Shown: positions 41,439-53,460 of the stretch, in pieces | Layout of the letters: each line of letters starts with the position of its first letter | Numbering within the stretch: position 1 is the stretch's first letter | Assembly (NCBI GenBank): GCA_035221665.1 | Contig: CM069145.1 | Coordinates: 42,532,001-42,596,000 of the forward strand | Source: Okamejei kenojei | Lineage: Eukaryota | Direction of reading: 5' to 3' | DNA length: 64,000 nt | Notes under the pieces: model-generated | What the model was told of the DNA's origin: nothing | What the model saw: only the letters and a program-made list of their open reading frames with translations | The model's database searches: none | Translations under genes and position numbers: made by a program

Positions 41439-44400
41439 CTGGTGGAAGAGGAAACAACAAGTTAGCGCGGAAACGTGCCTGCTCCGATTTGTGCCCAGTG
41501 TGTCATTTTTGATGGATTGAAAGATAGAGCAAGAAGCTGTTCCTGCGTCGGGTGATGCGCACATTTCAAGCTTCTGTTCCTTCAGCCGGATGGGAATGGG
41601 GAGAAGAAGCTGTGACCGGGATGGGATGTTTAATTTAGTTTAGTTCAGAGATATTGCATGGAAATAAGCCGCTCGGCCCACCAAGCCCACGCCAAACATC
41701 ATGATCGATCAACTATTCACACTGGTTCTATGTTATCCCAGACTTTCTGATCCACCCTCTAAGGGTCAGGCAACATCACTGGAGAAAAGGAGTTGGTGAC
41801 ATTACGGGTCGAGTCCCTTCTTCAGACAGTCAGGAGAGAGAAACGAGAGATATGATAATGTACATAGAACAAATCAAAGCCAGCAACGATGATCAAGGGA
41901 TGGTAGAGCCTACGATGGTCCATTGTTGGCTGTGGGAAAGGTGATAACGAGTGATACAAACAGTGAAACTCAGCAGAACTACGCAAAAACTAGTATGATT
42001 ACTAGAGTGGGGGGGTGGATGAAGAGAGAGGAGATGTAAGGTTACTTGAAGTTAGAGATATCAATATTAATACTGATGAATTGTACGGTGTTCAAGCAAA
42101 CTATGAGGTGCTGTTCCTCCAATTTGCATTTGGCAAAGGGAAAGGGAAGTTATGTTTTCAATGGTTCGAAACCCTGTCAGGGTCCCTTGCCTCAACAACT
42201 GATGATGTGAAGACAACCCTCAGAGATGAGAGTGTCGACTCCTTTCCCGAGGATGCCAGTCACCATTATCCACCCAAAACCTCGTATTGTTGGTGCCAGG
42301 GTGGTTTTGTTGGGTATTGCTGCCTGGCCTCCAGTGGGAAATGATATGGGTTCAATTACCAGGTGTCTACAATGGGACTCCTCTAAGGGTCATCACTTTG
42401 TTGTGGTGGAGATGCCCGTGCGATCCTGAGATCCGTGTGGAGCTGTGCTGGCTGGGAGCACGAGGGGGAGGTTCCTGACCAAGCGCGGCCCAAAAAGATC
42501 ATGGCAGGGGATGGTGGCCGGTGGGTGGGGACCACAACGGCTGAGAAGGCGGCAGCGGGGAGAGACTCCCAACCGTGGTGGATTCCATGCTGTTTGACTT
42601 GGTCAGTCTCTGTCGGAGACCGTGTGATGGTTGTCCGTGCACCAGTCTCCCCACGGGAAAGGACATCACCCATGGGCGTGCGCCTGGAGGGACAGGACGC
42701 CTGTGGCTTCAGGATCAGCCATCTCAAAATCCACAGACGGGACCCACCGGGACAATCACACTCCGGGTGATCATGGATGATTTGGTCAAACTCTCTGCCA
42801 TACCCATCCTACCTGGAGGCTCTTTGACTGCCTCCTGTCCCAGAGGCGGACCACCCCATAGTGCGAGGAGCCACTGGCGATCATGTAGTTCCCGTCGGTC
42901 TGCAGGCAGTAGAGAGCGCTGTCGTGGGGCTCCTCCCATTCCATCACACAGCGCCTGTTACGGAAGGGGCAGGTTAGAACAGAGAATGCATCATTTGGGC
43001 AGCACCTTGGTGCAGCTGGTACAGGTTTTCCTGTTGCGTGCTATCCAGTCAGTGAAATAACTACATGATTAAAAACAAGTCGTCCACAGTGTGCATAAAC
43101 AGGATAAATGGAATAAAATAACCTTTAATGCACGATAATGTCCAATAAAGTCCAATTCAAAGGTGTCCAATGAGGTAGATGGTAACTCAGGACTGCTCAC
43201 TGGTTGATGATAGGATGGCTCAGTTAGCTGGGAAAAACTGTCCCTGAATCTGGGAGCTCCCCTTCTCTGGCGGCTCCTTCCATATACCCACCACCCTCTG
43301 AATGAAAGTCTTTATCTAGTTGTAAATGACTAAATAATACAATCTGAAATTCAAGATCATCTGTAATCAGTATTCAAACTAGAGCGGTACAGCAGGTTGT
43401 TAGTTGTTAGAACATCATGACGGCTTCCAAGACTGACCAGTACATGAAGTGGGTGTTAGTATAAATCATACAGTAAGGTGGGGTGAGTGATGCTTGTCTA
43501 CTTTGATTGGTTCTCATGCATAAACTAATCTACATCCTTCCCCGTAAAGAGTATGGTAAGCACACATGTCGTAAGAATTTAAACCTATTCGCCATATCTA
43601 TCAGGCGGTTTGCTAATACGGCCCGAACGTGTACGGACCAAGCCCTTCCCCCTTCGCCAGAAAGATTAAAAGGAGGTGGTGAACCCGGAAGTGAGAAAGC
43701 AGCAGGGGACACCTGTGGTGGCAGACAGGGGGAGCATGCAGGAGAGATATTTTTGTGGTTAGTCATAGCCGCCGGTCGTGGAGGGGTACAGGACATGCTG
43801 GAACTGGTGGAAGGCAGGGCAGCAGACGGCTGGAACTGCATTGGTGGAGCATAAGGACCGGCTGGTGGACGTGGTTCCTTCACGGCAAGCCAGTGTTGGC
43901 GGCTCCTACGGTATATGGTGCCATCATAGTCCACAAGGCTGGATCGAGGTTCTTCAGCCAGGCCAACAACACTACCACAATCCCACTCCTGACACCATGT
44001 AAATAACTAAATAATACAATCTGAAGTTCTAGATCATCTTTAATCAGTATTCAAACTTAGCGGTACAGCAGGTTGTACAACATCCTGACCGCTTCCAAGA
44101 CTGACCAGTACAGGAAGTGGGTGTTAGTATAAATTGTGCAGTAGGGTGGGGTGATTGCTTCTATTCTACTATGATTGGTTCTCATGCATAAACCAATCTA
44201 CACTAGTCATTCATATGGAGCGACACTGTGACGCAGTGGTAGAATTGCTGCCTCACAGTGCCAGAGTCCCGGGCTCGATCCTGCGTGTGCTCTCTGTACG
44301 CAGTTTGTACATCCTGTGACCGTGTGGGTTTTCACCTGGTGCTCCGGTTTCCTCCCTCACTCCAAAGACATGCAGGTGTGTTGGCTAATTGGCTTCTGTA

Positions 44401-45008
44401 AATTGTAAATTGTCCCCAGCGTGTAGGATAGTGCTCCTATATGGGGTGATCGCTGGCCGGTGTGAACGGTGGGCTCAAGGGCCTGTTTCAGCGCTGTATC
44501 TCTAAAGTTGAAAAGTCTAAATCAGCCACATTACTCACCTCAGAGTGGGTGTGTTTGCAAGAGTATGAATCTCTCTGGCTATCCAGCAGATGGCAGCATT
44601 ATCCCACAGGGAGTGAGAATCACCGCGCTGTACCACTACACGCTCTCTCGTCACACAGGCCTGGGTTCCCTGCAGGTGAATCCCCCTGTCTCCCCAGGAC
44701 CTGTTTCTGTGCTGTATGAATCCGTGACTGGCTGGGAAATGGTTTGGGGCATCTCATGGCCGTGGTACAGACGAGCCCAAAGCACGGCTCTTGTTTTTTA
44801 CAAGCGAGCGTGTGCAGAGAGAGAAGAGCGGGGAGCGGTGCTCGGAGGCTGGAGAAGCTGGGCTTACCTGGTGCCGGCCCGTGTGTCCCACTGCCTGATG
44901 TAGGAATCGTACCCGCAACTCAGCACGACCGAGGGGCTCTCATACACGATGTCCAGGACCCCGGCTCCCCTTCGGAAGTCCGACCCCAAGCTGCTCTCCA
45001 GATGGCCA
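41256..45008 (-). CDS. FBXW4: F-box/WD repeat protein 4 (dactylin), last three exons; upstream exons not found in the window
   Basis: complement(join(41256..41438,42813..42954,44868..45008)); GHLESSLGSDFRRGAGVLDIVYESPSVVLSCGYDSYIRQWDTR-RCVMEWEEPHDSALYCLQTDGNYMIASGSSHYGVVRLWDRRQ-SSPVYCLRFTTSHLYAALA. Confidence 0.95.
42190..42740 (+). mobile_element. Possible highly degraded L1/Tx1 ORF2 C-terminal fragment
   Basis: Scattered words (TLRDESVDSFPE, VVEMPVRS, GQDA) are collinear with my recollection of Tx1 zf-RVT regions; weak. Confidence 0.3.
42813..42954 (-). CDS. FBXW4: FBXW4 penultimate exon
   Basis: RCVMEWEEPHDSALYCLQTDGNYMIASGSSHYGVVRLWDRRQSKSLQ. Confidence 0.95.
43321..44202 (-). mobile_element. 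Miniature non-autonomous Gypsy-derived LTR element (882 bp, TRIM-like)
   Basis: TG...CA LTRs 43321-43534 and 43998-44202; perfect 5-bp TSD CTAGT; tRNA-Leu PBS 43980-43997; PPT 43535-43543; the interior is only the integrase tail (YDGTIYRRSRQH). Confidence 0.92.
44220..44510 (+). mobile_element. HE1-like V-SINE
   Basis: tRNA-like head, V-domain and aagggcctgtttc..gctgtatctctaaa tail. Confidence 0.78.
44868..45008 (-). CDS. FBXW4: FBXW4 exon
   Basis: GHLESSLGSDFRRGAGVLDIVYESPSVVLSCGYDSYIRQWDTRAGT. Confidence 0.94.
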
Positions 45009-45054
45009 CTGGAATGGATCAGACACACAGCATTGATTAAGATGTCGTCAAGCT

Positions 45055-45600
45055 GGAAAGGGTGCATTGAAGATTTACGAGGATGTTGCCAGTATTCGAG
45101 GGCCTGAGCTATGGGGAGAGATTAGGCAAGCTAAGACTTTATTCCTTGGAGGATGAGGGGTGATCTTATAGAGGTGTACAAAATCATGAGAGCAATAGAT
45201 CAGGTAAACACAGGTATATATAAGGCAAATCAGGTAAAAGTCTATTACCCAGAGTGAGGGATTTACGAACCAGAGGACATAAGTTTAAGGTGATGGGGGA
45301 AGATTTAATAGGAACCTGAGGGACAACGTTTTCACACAAAGGATGCTGGGTGTATGGAGTGAGCTGCCGGAGGAGGTAGGGTCTCGACCCAAAACATCAT
45401 CTATTACTTCTCTCCGTAGATGCTGCCTCGCCCGCTGAGTTTCTTCAGCATTTTTGTCTACTGCCGGAGGAGGTAGTTGAGACAGGTACTATCGTAAAAT
45501 TTAAGAAACATTTAGACAAGTACATGGATAGGATAGGCTCAGAGGGATGTGCACCAAATGCAGGCAGGTGAGACTAGTGTAGATGTGGCATGTTGCTTTC
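45055..45600 (+). mobile_element. CR1 3' fragment with a nested Penelope-tail insertion (45380-45460)
   Basis: CR1 RT end and 3' UTR; the insert is flanked by a 16-bp direct repeat CTGCCGGAGGAGGTAG. Confidence 0.75.
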
Positions 45601-46659
45601 TCTGTGCTTTCACCCTATCTATCCCCCTCATGATTTTATACATCTCCATAAGATCACCCCTCAGCTTCCTGCACCCCAAGGAATAAATTCCTAACTTGCC
45701 CAACCTCTCCCTGTAGCTCAGGCCCTTTAGTTGTGGCAACATCCTCGTAAATCTTTTCTGCACTTTTTTCAGTTTATGTCAGTGGCGTCAAACTGACTTT
45801 GTTAAACTGCTTTTTGTTATTCCCAATATCACTGAGAAACAATCATAGAACAGTACAGGGCAGGAGCAGGCCCTTCGGCCCACCATGTCAATGCTGAACA
45901 TGGTGTTAAATTAATCTCTTTGCCTGCATGTTATCCATATCCCTTCATTCCTTGCGTATCAGTCTCGGTCTGGAGAAGTGTCTCGACCTGAAACGTTACC
46001 CGTTCCTTCTTTCTAGAGATGCCGCCTGTCCGGCTGAGATCCTGCAGCATTTTGTGTCCCTCCCTGTGTATTCATGCGCCTGTCTAAAAGCCGCTTAAAC
46101 ATCACTACCGTATCCTTTAGTCTCACCCGTGGTCGAGGGAAGACTTCGTTTCAGTTTAGGTTACTATTTTTACATGTACTGAGGTACAGTGAAAAGCCTT
46201 TTGTTGTGTGCTATACAGTCATCAAAAGGACTATACATGATTACAATCAAGTCACCCACGGTGTACAGATACAAAATAAAGGAAATAATGTTTAGTGCAA
46301 GATAAAGTCCCGCAAAGTCTGATTAAAGATAGTCCGAGGGTCTCCAATGAGGTAGGCGGTAGCTCAGGACTGTTTTCTAGTTGGTGATACGATGGTTTTG
46401 GTTGCCTGATAGCAGCTGGGAAGAAACTGTCCCTTAGTTTGGAGGCGTACGTTTTCATACTTCTGTATCTGTTGCCTGATGGGAGAGGGGAGAAGTGGGA
46501 GTGACCGGGGTGAGACTCGTTCTTGATTATGCTGGTGGCCTTGCCGAGGCAGCGTGAAGTGCCGATGCAGTCAAAGGACGAGAGGTTGGTTTGTGTGATG
46601 GTCTCGGCTACGTCCACAGCTCTCTGTAATTTCTTGGATGGAGCTGTTCCGCAGGACAA

Positions 46660-47320
46660 CGCTGACCGAAGTTTGCAAAACATTTTAAAGAACAAGGCCG
46701 CAGCACACAGGCAAAAAAAGAGAGCGGTGACTATTTTATTTGACTGACCCGGCATATCAGCGGGGTCAGACTTTATTAAGATGGAGACCACACCAAAAGT
46801 TGGAGTGGAGCGGAGAGAAAAGGCCAGGCAATGTTAAAATATAAATAAACACCTTTGTCCGGGGAACGGTTTGCAAAAGGAGCTTATTAGTTGAAGCGAA
46901 GTGCTGGAGATCTAACACAGCGCCCCAATGCAGACGGAGCAGAGACTAACTACGCTGCTCTGATCACAGCTAATCACACACTGGGGGAGACCTGTCCCCA
47001 CTCGCTTTCCAAAGAGAAGATTATTTAGAGTAACAATTTCTTTGTCAATGTTCAATTCTCCCCTTGGCCGTGACTGGGCATGTCTACATTGCACCTCGAT
47101 ACCTTGCCCCTAGCAACCAGCCAAAGTAGCTCGGCCGGCCCTGGCAACAGGCTCTTGTAAGCATCCCTTCACAAGCTTTATCGTCAAGTAGTTTGACTAA
47201 TCCTTGACATTAACCTGCAGTGGAGTGTTATTGTGTTGCAGATTCTCCACGTTGGAGGTGACCCAAACCCACTGGAGTCAAGATTTTAACCCTTGCTGCA
47301 CTGCCTTGCTCTCAGGGGCA
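46660..47320. promoter_or_regulatory. Candidate enhancer in the FBXW4 intron with a p63/p53-type site at 47066-47085
   Basis: Repeat-free island; GGCCGTGACT-GGGCATGTCT; FOX-type TAAATAAACA; SOX-type CTTTGT. Confidence 0.4.
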
Positions 47321-47334
47321 GGGGAATTTTAGTT

Positions 47335-47610
47335 TAGTTTAGAGAAACAGCGCAGAAACAGGTCCTTTCGGCCCACCAAGTCCACGCCAACCAGTGATCC
47401 CCGCACACTAGCAGTATCCGGCACACACTAGGGACAATTTACAATTATACCAAGCTAATTAACCTACAAACCAGAGCTCCCGGAGTAAACTCAAGCAGGT
47501 CACGGGGGAGAACGTACAAACTCAGTATGGACAGCACCCGTAGTCAGGATGGAACCGGGTCTCTGGCGCTGTGAGGCAGCAGCTCTACCGCTGCGCCACC
47601 GTGCCACCTT
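47335..47610 (-). mobile_element. HE1-like V-SINE
   Basis: Same family as 36985-37285. Confidence 0.78.
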
Positions 47611-47997
47611 AACTCCCACAAATTAACGGTGATGAAAACAAATGTCAGGAACCTGGGAGTCAAGAGTATAAAAACTTGTGAGAGGCACAGGTTGAGTAGA
47701 CAGTCAGAACCTTTTTTTCAGGGTGGAAATGTGTCAAGGTGAGAGGGGCAACGTTTAAAGGTGTGCAGGATGTTTTTTTTACATAAAGTGTAAAGTAATG
47801 GTGGTTGCCTGGAACGCACCAGGCTGGTGCGCAAGACAGATGTTGATTGTGGCGTTTAAGAGGCTTTTGGAAAGCCAGGGAATGGAGGGAAACATGTATA
47901 AATTATGTGCAGGCAGATAATAGTTAGTCTTGGCATCATGTTCGGCTGGGATATTGAGGACTGAAGGGCCTGTTCTTGTGCTATGTTCTATGCCTTA

Positions 47998-48653
47998 AGG
48001 GCCTGTCCCACCAGCATGCGCCTAGCGCGACAAAACCGGAAGCGGGCTTCGTGCGGAGGTCGAGTGATCCCCAAGCGAGTTGACTGCTCTAAAATTTATA
48101 TTTTTTTAATGACATTGGCTATGAGATTACTTGATTCTTTTTACCCGATCCTGCTTAATTCGATCACATGTAAATTTAAGATGCATTATCATTATGGAAC
48201 CATAATTGCTGCTTTAAATTTGTTGTCATTCGTCTAAAAAGACATTGGTAGCTTATTAGAACAGATGGGATGAAAAATAACCAAGCTCAACCCGTGAAAA
48301 CTGCAGGGACATGGGGAAAAGTGGCCAAACTTCCCCATTTTATTCATGAACTTTACAGACATTTAAGTTCCCTCTGGAGACAATGATACGGGCAGAATTT
48401 GTATTAGCATTGGTTTGCGTTTTTCACAATGCGTACGTCCTCAATGCGGTTGCGGGCCGACAGGCTGTTGCCGCGCGGGATGTTTGAACAATGTCGGTTT
48501 TTCGGAACCCCGTGCGATGTCGGGACCAGCCCCACACAACTCCATACGCCTACGGCGATTGAAGTGGGACCAGCCCCGCGTGGCCGTATGGCTCAAGCGA
48601 CCACGTTAGGTCGCGCTCGCCGCATGCAGTCGCATGCTGGTGGGACAGGCCCT
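47998..48653. mobile_element. PIF/Harbinger-type MITE (656 bp)
   Basis: 23-bp perfect TIR AGGGCCTGTCCCACCAGCATGCG...CGCATGCTGGTGGGACAGGCCCT with a TTA target duplication on both sides. Confidence 0.88.
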
Positions 48654-49419
48654 TTAAGAGCATTTAATTGTCATGCACTGAAAGAGGAACGATGAAATTC
48701 TTACTTGCTGCAGCTTAGCAGGTTCATTAACGGTGCAAACAACGCACAGACAAATACGTAATCATCAACAATACAATAAATTAATAATCAGGAACTAATT
48801 GATAACCAAGCAAAGTCCATAGTACAACTGAAACCGTACAGATAGAAGATCACAGTTGCTGAGGTAGAGTTGTGGTTAAGACTCAGGGTGGGAATTGTAT
48901 TGTTTTATTTACAGAGGACAATTAACCTACAAACCTTTGGGATGTGGGACGAAACCGGAGCACCTGGAGAAAACCCACATGTGCAGAGAGCACCCATAGT
49001 TAGGATGGAACCCAGGTCTCTGGTGCTACAAGGCAATAACTCTACCGCTGTGCCACTTTGCCGACCAGGTCTGAGACAGCGAGTGCAGGGTTGGTAGGCG
49101 AGCACACGGCAGTATCTGGGATTGCCGCACCAGGGCACTGCTCTATAGCACCACCCCGGGACAGAGCGGCACAAAGGCCAATCCCTTATCGCAGCACCCG
49201 GTGGGTGCACTCAGAGCGCAGGACGAGATGGGACATGATACAGGAGATTCAAAGGGAAAGAATCCTCAGTCAACACTTTGAACATCAAAAAAAACCCACA
49301 ACCAGCATCACTTAGAGAAACGTATTCTGTGATTAAACACACAAACAGACGGGACTGCACAAACGCCTTGGGCCAGTGAGACAGGGTCTTCCTCCGTCAT
49401 CTCATGAAGAGCTGAAAAC

Positions 49420-49633
49420 AGAAGAACAGAGAGAAAGAAGGGGGGTGGGAGAAGAGGGGGTGGGAGAGAGAGAGAGAGAGGGAGGAGAGAGGGGGGGAGA
49501 AAGAGAGAGGGAGGCGAGAGGGGGGGAGAGAGAGAGAGAGAGGGGGGAAGAAAAAGAAGGGGGGGAGAGAGAGAGAGGAGGGGTGAGAGAGGGGGAGGGG
49601 TGAATGGGGGGGGAGAGAAGAGAGAGAGAGAAA
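49420..49633. repeat. GA-rich polypurine simple repeat
   Basis: About 210 bp almost purely G/A on +. Confidence 0.9.
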
Positions 49634-50019
49634 GCTGCGCATGCCCATCAAGATGTTCCATCTATGCTCACACTAACCCTATCACCAACTAGAGAGCTAC
49701 CATCTACCTCATTGGAGACCCCCGGTCTATCTTTAATCGGACTGTACTGGACTTGCACGAAACGTTATTTCCTTTGTCCTGTACCTGTATACTGTGAACA
49801 GCTTGATTGTAATCACATATAGTATTTCTGCTGTCTGGACAGCACGCAACAAAAAAGCTTTACAATGTGTCGAGGGGCAAAGTTTAAAGGAGTTGTGCAG
49901 GGCAGGTTTTTTTTTACACGCACTGCGGGGTGGTGGTGGAGACAGATACGATAGTGGTGTTTAAGAGTCTAGGATCAGCACATGGATATGTAGGGAATGG
50001 AGGGATATGGATTTTTTTT

Positions 50020-50315
50020 TAGTTTTAGAGATACAGTGTGGTAACAGGCCCTTCGGCCCACCGAGTCCGCACCAACCAGCGATCACTCCACACTCTAGTT
50101 CAATCCTACACACCAGGGACAATTTACAGAAGCCAATTAACCTACAAACCTGCACGTCTTTGAAGTGTAGGAGAAAATCGGAACACCCAGAGAAAACCCA
50201 TGTGGTCACAGGGGGTACGTACAAACTCCGTACAGACAGCACCTGTGTTCAGGATCGAACCCCGGTCTCTGGCGCTGTAAGGCAGCAACTCTACCGTTGC
50301 GCCACTCTGCCGCCC
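50020..50315 (-). mobile_element. HE1-like V-SINE, full length
   Basis: gggcggcagagtggcgcaacggtagagttgctgccttacagcgccagagacc..gctgtctgtacggagtttgtacgt on the minus strand. Confidence 0.82.
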
Positions 50316-50959
50316 CGGATAACATACAGGCAGATAAAAGTTGGCCTTAGAATCAGGTTTCGGAACGGATATTGTGGGCCGAAGGCTGCACTGTCCTGTG
50401 TTCTATCTTGTGAAACTGTTAGCATTAATATAGATGACAATATATGCTATTGAAAGTAACATTCCTGTACATCTATTACATCATAGCATGATGAATTACA
50501 ATGTTCAAAACAGCTGAATATGTTAAAAATAACTCAGTACTCCTTTAATTATTTAACACCGTGCGCTACACTAATAATACCGTTGTTTATACTATGAAAC
50601 AATGGCATTGTAGCTGCATTGGGGGGCTTGAGTTACAAGGCTGCCTCTGATTTTCCTGGGGTTTGAGAGGTGACATGATAGAGGTATGTAAAAGTATAAG
50701 ATGCAGAGATCGCTGGAAAGCCAGCGTGTGTTTCCCATGGCCGGGTCCACAACCTGAGGGCACAGGTTTAAGATGGGAAGGAGGAGGTTAAAGTTAGTGC
50801 GATTAGTTTATATTCATATACTCCAGGGTGCAAAGAAACTTCCAAGTTTGGTTCAGATACAAATCAGCAAAATGGCGCAAGATTGAAGACTAATCTGATT
50901 GTGTACAAAAATAAAAAGTGCACCAAAGGAATCACCGAATGAGGTAGAGTTGGGAGTAA

Positions 50960-51660
50960 GAGTTTGAGCCAGCACCACTGGGAAGTGGGTGTGTAAAAGG
51001 CAATTAGTTCAGGAGTCTGATAGCAGTGAGGAAGAAGCTGTTCTTAAGTCTGAATGTCTGATCTTCTGCATCTTCTCCCAGAGGTGGAAGAGAGAAAAGA
51101 GAATGGGCAGGATGTCAGCATCCTTGACGATACTTCCCGCCTTCCTCATGCAACGCGCCGTGGGGATGGACCGGATGGAAGGAATTGAGGAGCCTGTGAT
51201 GGACTGGGCTGTGTTCACCGCTCTCTGCAAGTTCAGGTGGTCAAGAGCAGAGCAGTTGCCAGAACAGGTTGAGATGCATCCCATCAGAATACTCTCTATA
51301 GCACATCTATGGAAGTTTGGGAGAACCCTTGAAGACATGCCGAATTTTCTCGGATGCCTAAGAGAGTAAATATTCTGATGAGCTTTGTAGATCACCACAT
51401 CAGTGTGAGGGGACCAGGTTAGGTGGATGCCCAGGAACCTGAAGCTGTCGACCATCTCTACAGCATCTCCGATGATGCGGATGGGGTTGTGTTCTCTCCC
51501 TTGCTTCCCGAGGCCAACATCCAATTCCTTTGTCTTGTTGATGTTAAGGGTTATGTTATTCTGACACCGTGATACAAGGGTCCTGAACTGTTTTTTTTGT
51601 ACTCTGTCTCATCATTGGTGTTGATCTGGCCGATGACACTGGCATCATCGGTGACCTTAA
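50960..51660 (-). mobile_element. Rex1/Babar-like LINE fragment
   Basis: ORF 51009..51524 VEMVDSFRFLGIHLTWS..RKFGMS..AIESILMGCISTCSGNC; an upstream segment resembles FADDxxVIG. Confidence 0.72.
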
Positions 51661-53044
51661 AGCTTGAGCTGTCGCTGTGCTTGGTGCACACCAAGAGACT
51701 GAGCAAGCACCTGAGGAGCATCATTGTTGAGGGTTCAAAGGAAGAACCAAAGTGCTGGAGTAACTCAGCAGCTCAAGCAACATCTCTGGAGAATATGGGA
51801 CATTTTGAATTGGGGAAGGGTTCCGACCCAAACTGTCGCCTATCCATGTTCTCCGGAGATGCTGCCTGATCTGCTGAGTTACTCCAGCACTTTGGGTCTT
51901 TTTTGGTAAACCAGCATCTGCAGTTCCTTGTCTCTACATTGTCGAGGGTTAGGTGGAGGAAATGCTTCGACCAACTCTGCAAGTCAGGAAGTTCAGAAGC
52001 CAATTGCAGATGGAGGCAGCCAGGCATAACTACTAAGCAGAACTCACTACTTTCAACCATTGTAGACTTTGAAGAAACCCGAATAGCTTGAACAACAAAT
52101 AAATGTAATCAAATAGTAGAGGAAGCATTGGTGATTGTCTAATGAGGTGATATTGAAGCAGGTGGAGTCAACAGATGTGGATGGCCGTGGCTGGAGAGGG
52201 AGTGAGGGGACACTGGTTGGCCAGATGCCCCACACCAGCCTGGCTGCCGAAATAGATGATGCCTTGGAACATGAGGCTCTTTTGAGGGTCGCCCCCATGT
52301 TGTCCTGGACTCTCCCACCGGGAGTACATGAAAAGTTCCAGATGCAAATTAAGTGCGTCCCGTCATTTCAGTGGTGTTTGATATTTATTTAAAAAATAAA
52401 AGATGTGAGAGAGAAAGTCCAGGGAAGGAAGGAATTTGATATCTTCACAATTTCAACAAAGCACTCTCACTGCGAGGCTCCCTTTTTATTCTTGCAAAGC
52501 TGTTTTTTGTCTTCAGCAACAACGTTTCAAAGGCTTTGTGCCAAACACGCACCTTTCAAAACAACCCGGGGACCGTCGGACTATATCTGTACAGTTTCCT
52601 CTGGCGAAGGAAGGAACTGCAGGTGCTGGTTTACACCGACGATAGGCTGGAGTAACCCAGCGGGCCAGGCAGCATCTTTGGAGAAAAAGAACAGGTGATG
52701 TTTTTCGGGTCAGGACCCTTCTTCAGACTGTTTGACGAAGGGTTCCAACCAGAAGCATCACCTATTCTTTTTCTGCCTGACCCGCTGAGTCACTCCAGCA
52801 TTTTGTGTTCAGTTTCCTCTGGGGTCCTGTGTACCCACACGAGTCCTTGCAAGGTGTCACGATGCTAGCAGGCTGTGGTTCCAGGCGGAGAGTCTTGGCT
52901 TTCCAAATGGTCGGCGCAGAGGGTCAGGATTAGGCCAAGACGGAGGAAATCAAAAAAGATAATTCAAAGTTGGCACAAGGAACTGCAGAGGCTGGTTAAC
53001 AAAACAAGACAAAGTGCTGGCATAACTGGCCCTGGTTAGTAGGA

Positions 53045-53460
53045 CCAGAATTATAAGGCGAGGTTAAGCAGGCTACGACTCGATTCCTTGGAGCGCAGGA
53101 GGATGAGGGGTGATCTTATTGAGGTGTATGAGGAATAGATCGGGTAGACACACAGAGTATTTTGCCAGAATAGGGGAGTCGAGAATCAGAGGACACAGGT
53201 TTTAGATGAGGAGGGAAAGATTTAATAGGAACCCGAGGGGTGACTTTTTTTAATACACAAAAGGTGGTGGCTATATGGAACAAGCTGCTGAAGGAGGTAG
53301 TTGAGGCGGTACTATCATTACGTTTCAGAGACCTTTGAACATACAAGGATAGGAAAGATTTAGAGGATTATGGCAGGTGGGATGTGTGTAGATGGGGCAT
53401 GTTGGTCGGCATGGGCAAGTTGGGCCGAAGGGCCTGTTTCCACACTGCATGTATGGCTCT
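53045..53460 (+). mobile_element. CR1 3' fragment
   Basis: ggatgaggggtgatcttattgagg..tgggccgaagggcctgtttcc tail. Confidence 0.72.

Noticed and set aside
49085-49210. Possible upstream FBXW4 exon (Cys/Trp-containing minus-strand ORF)
   Set aside because: No match to the expected GTACCG..IWDL peptide and no fitting splice sites; that exon probably lies beyond 64000, although I may have missed a short diverged exon
50260-50315. tRNA-like sequences at SINE heads (also near 37230-37285 and 44220-44285)
   Set aside because: No complete cloverleaf; they are the heads of V-SINEs
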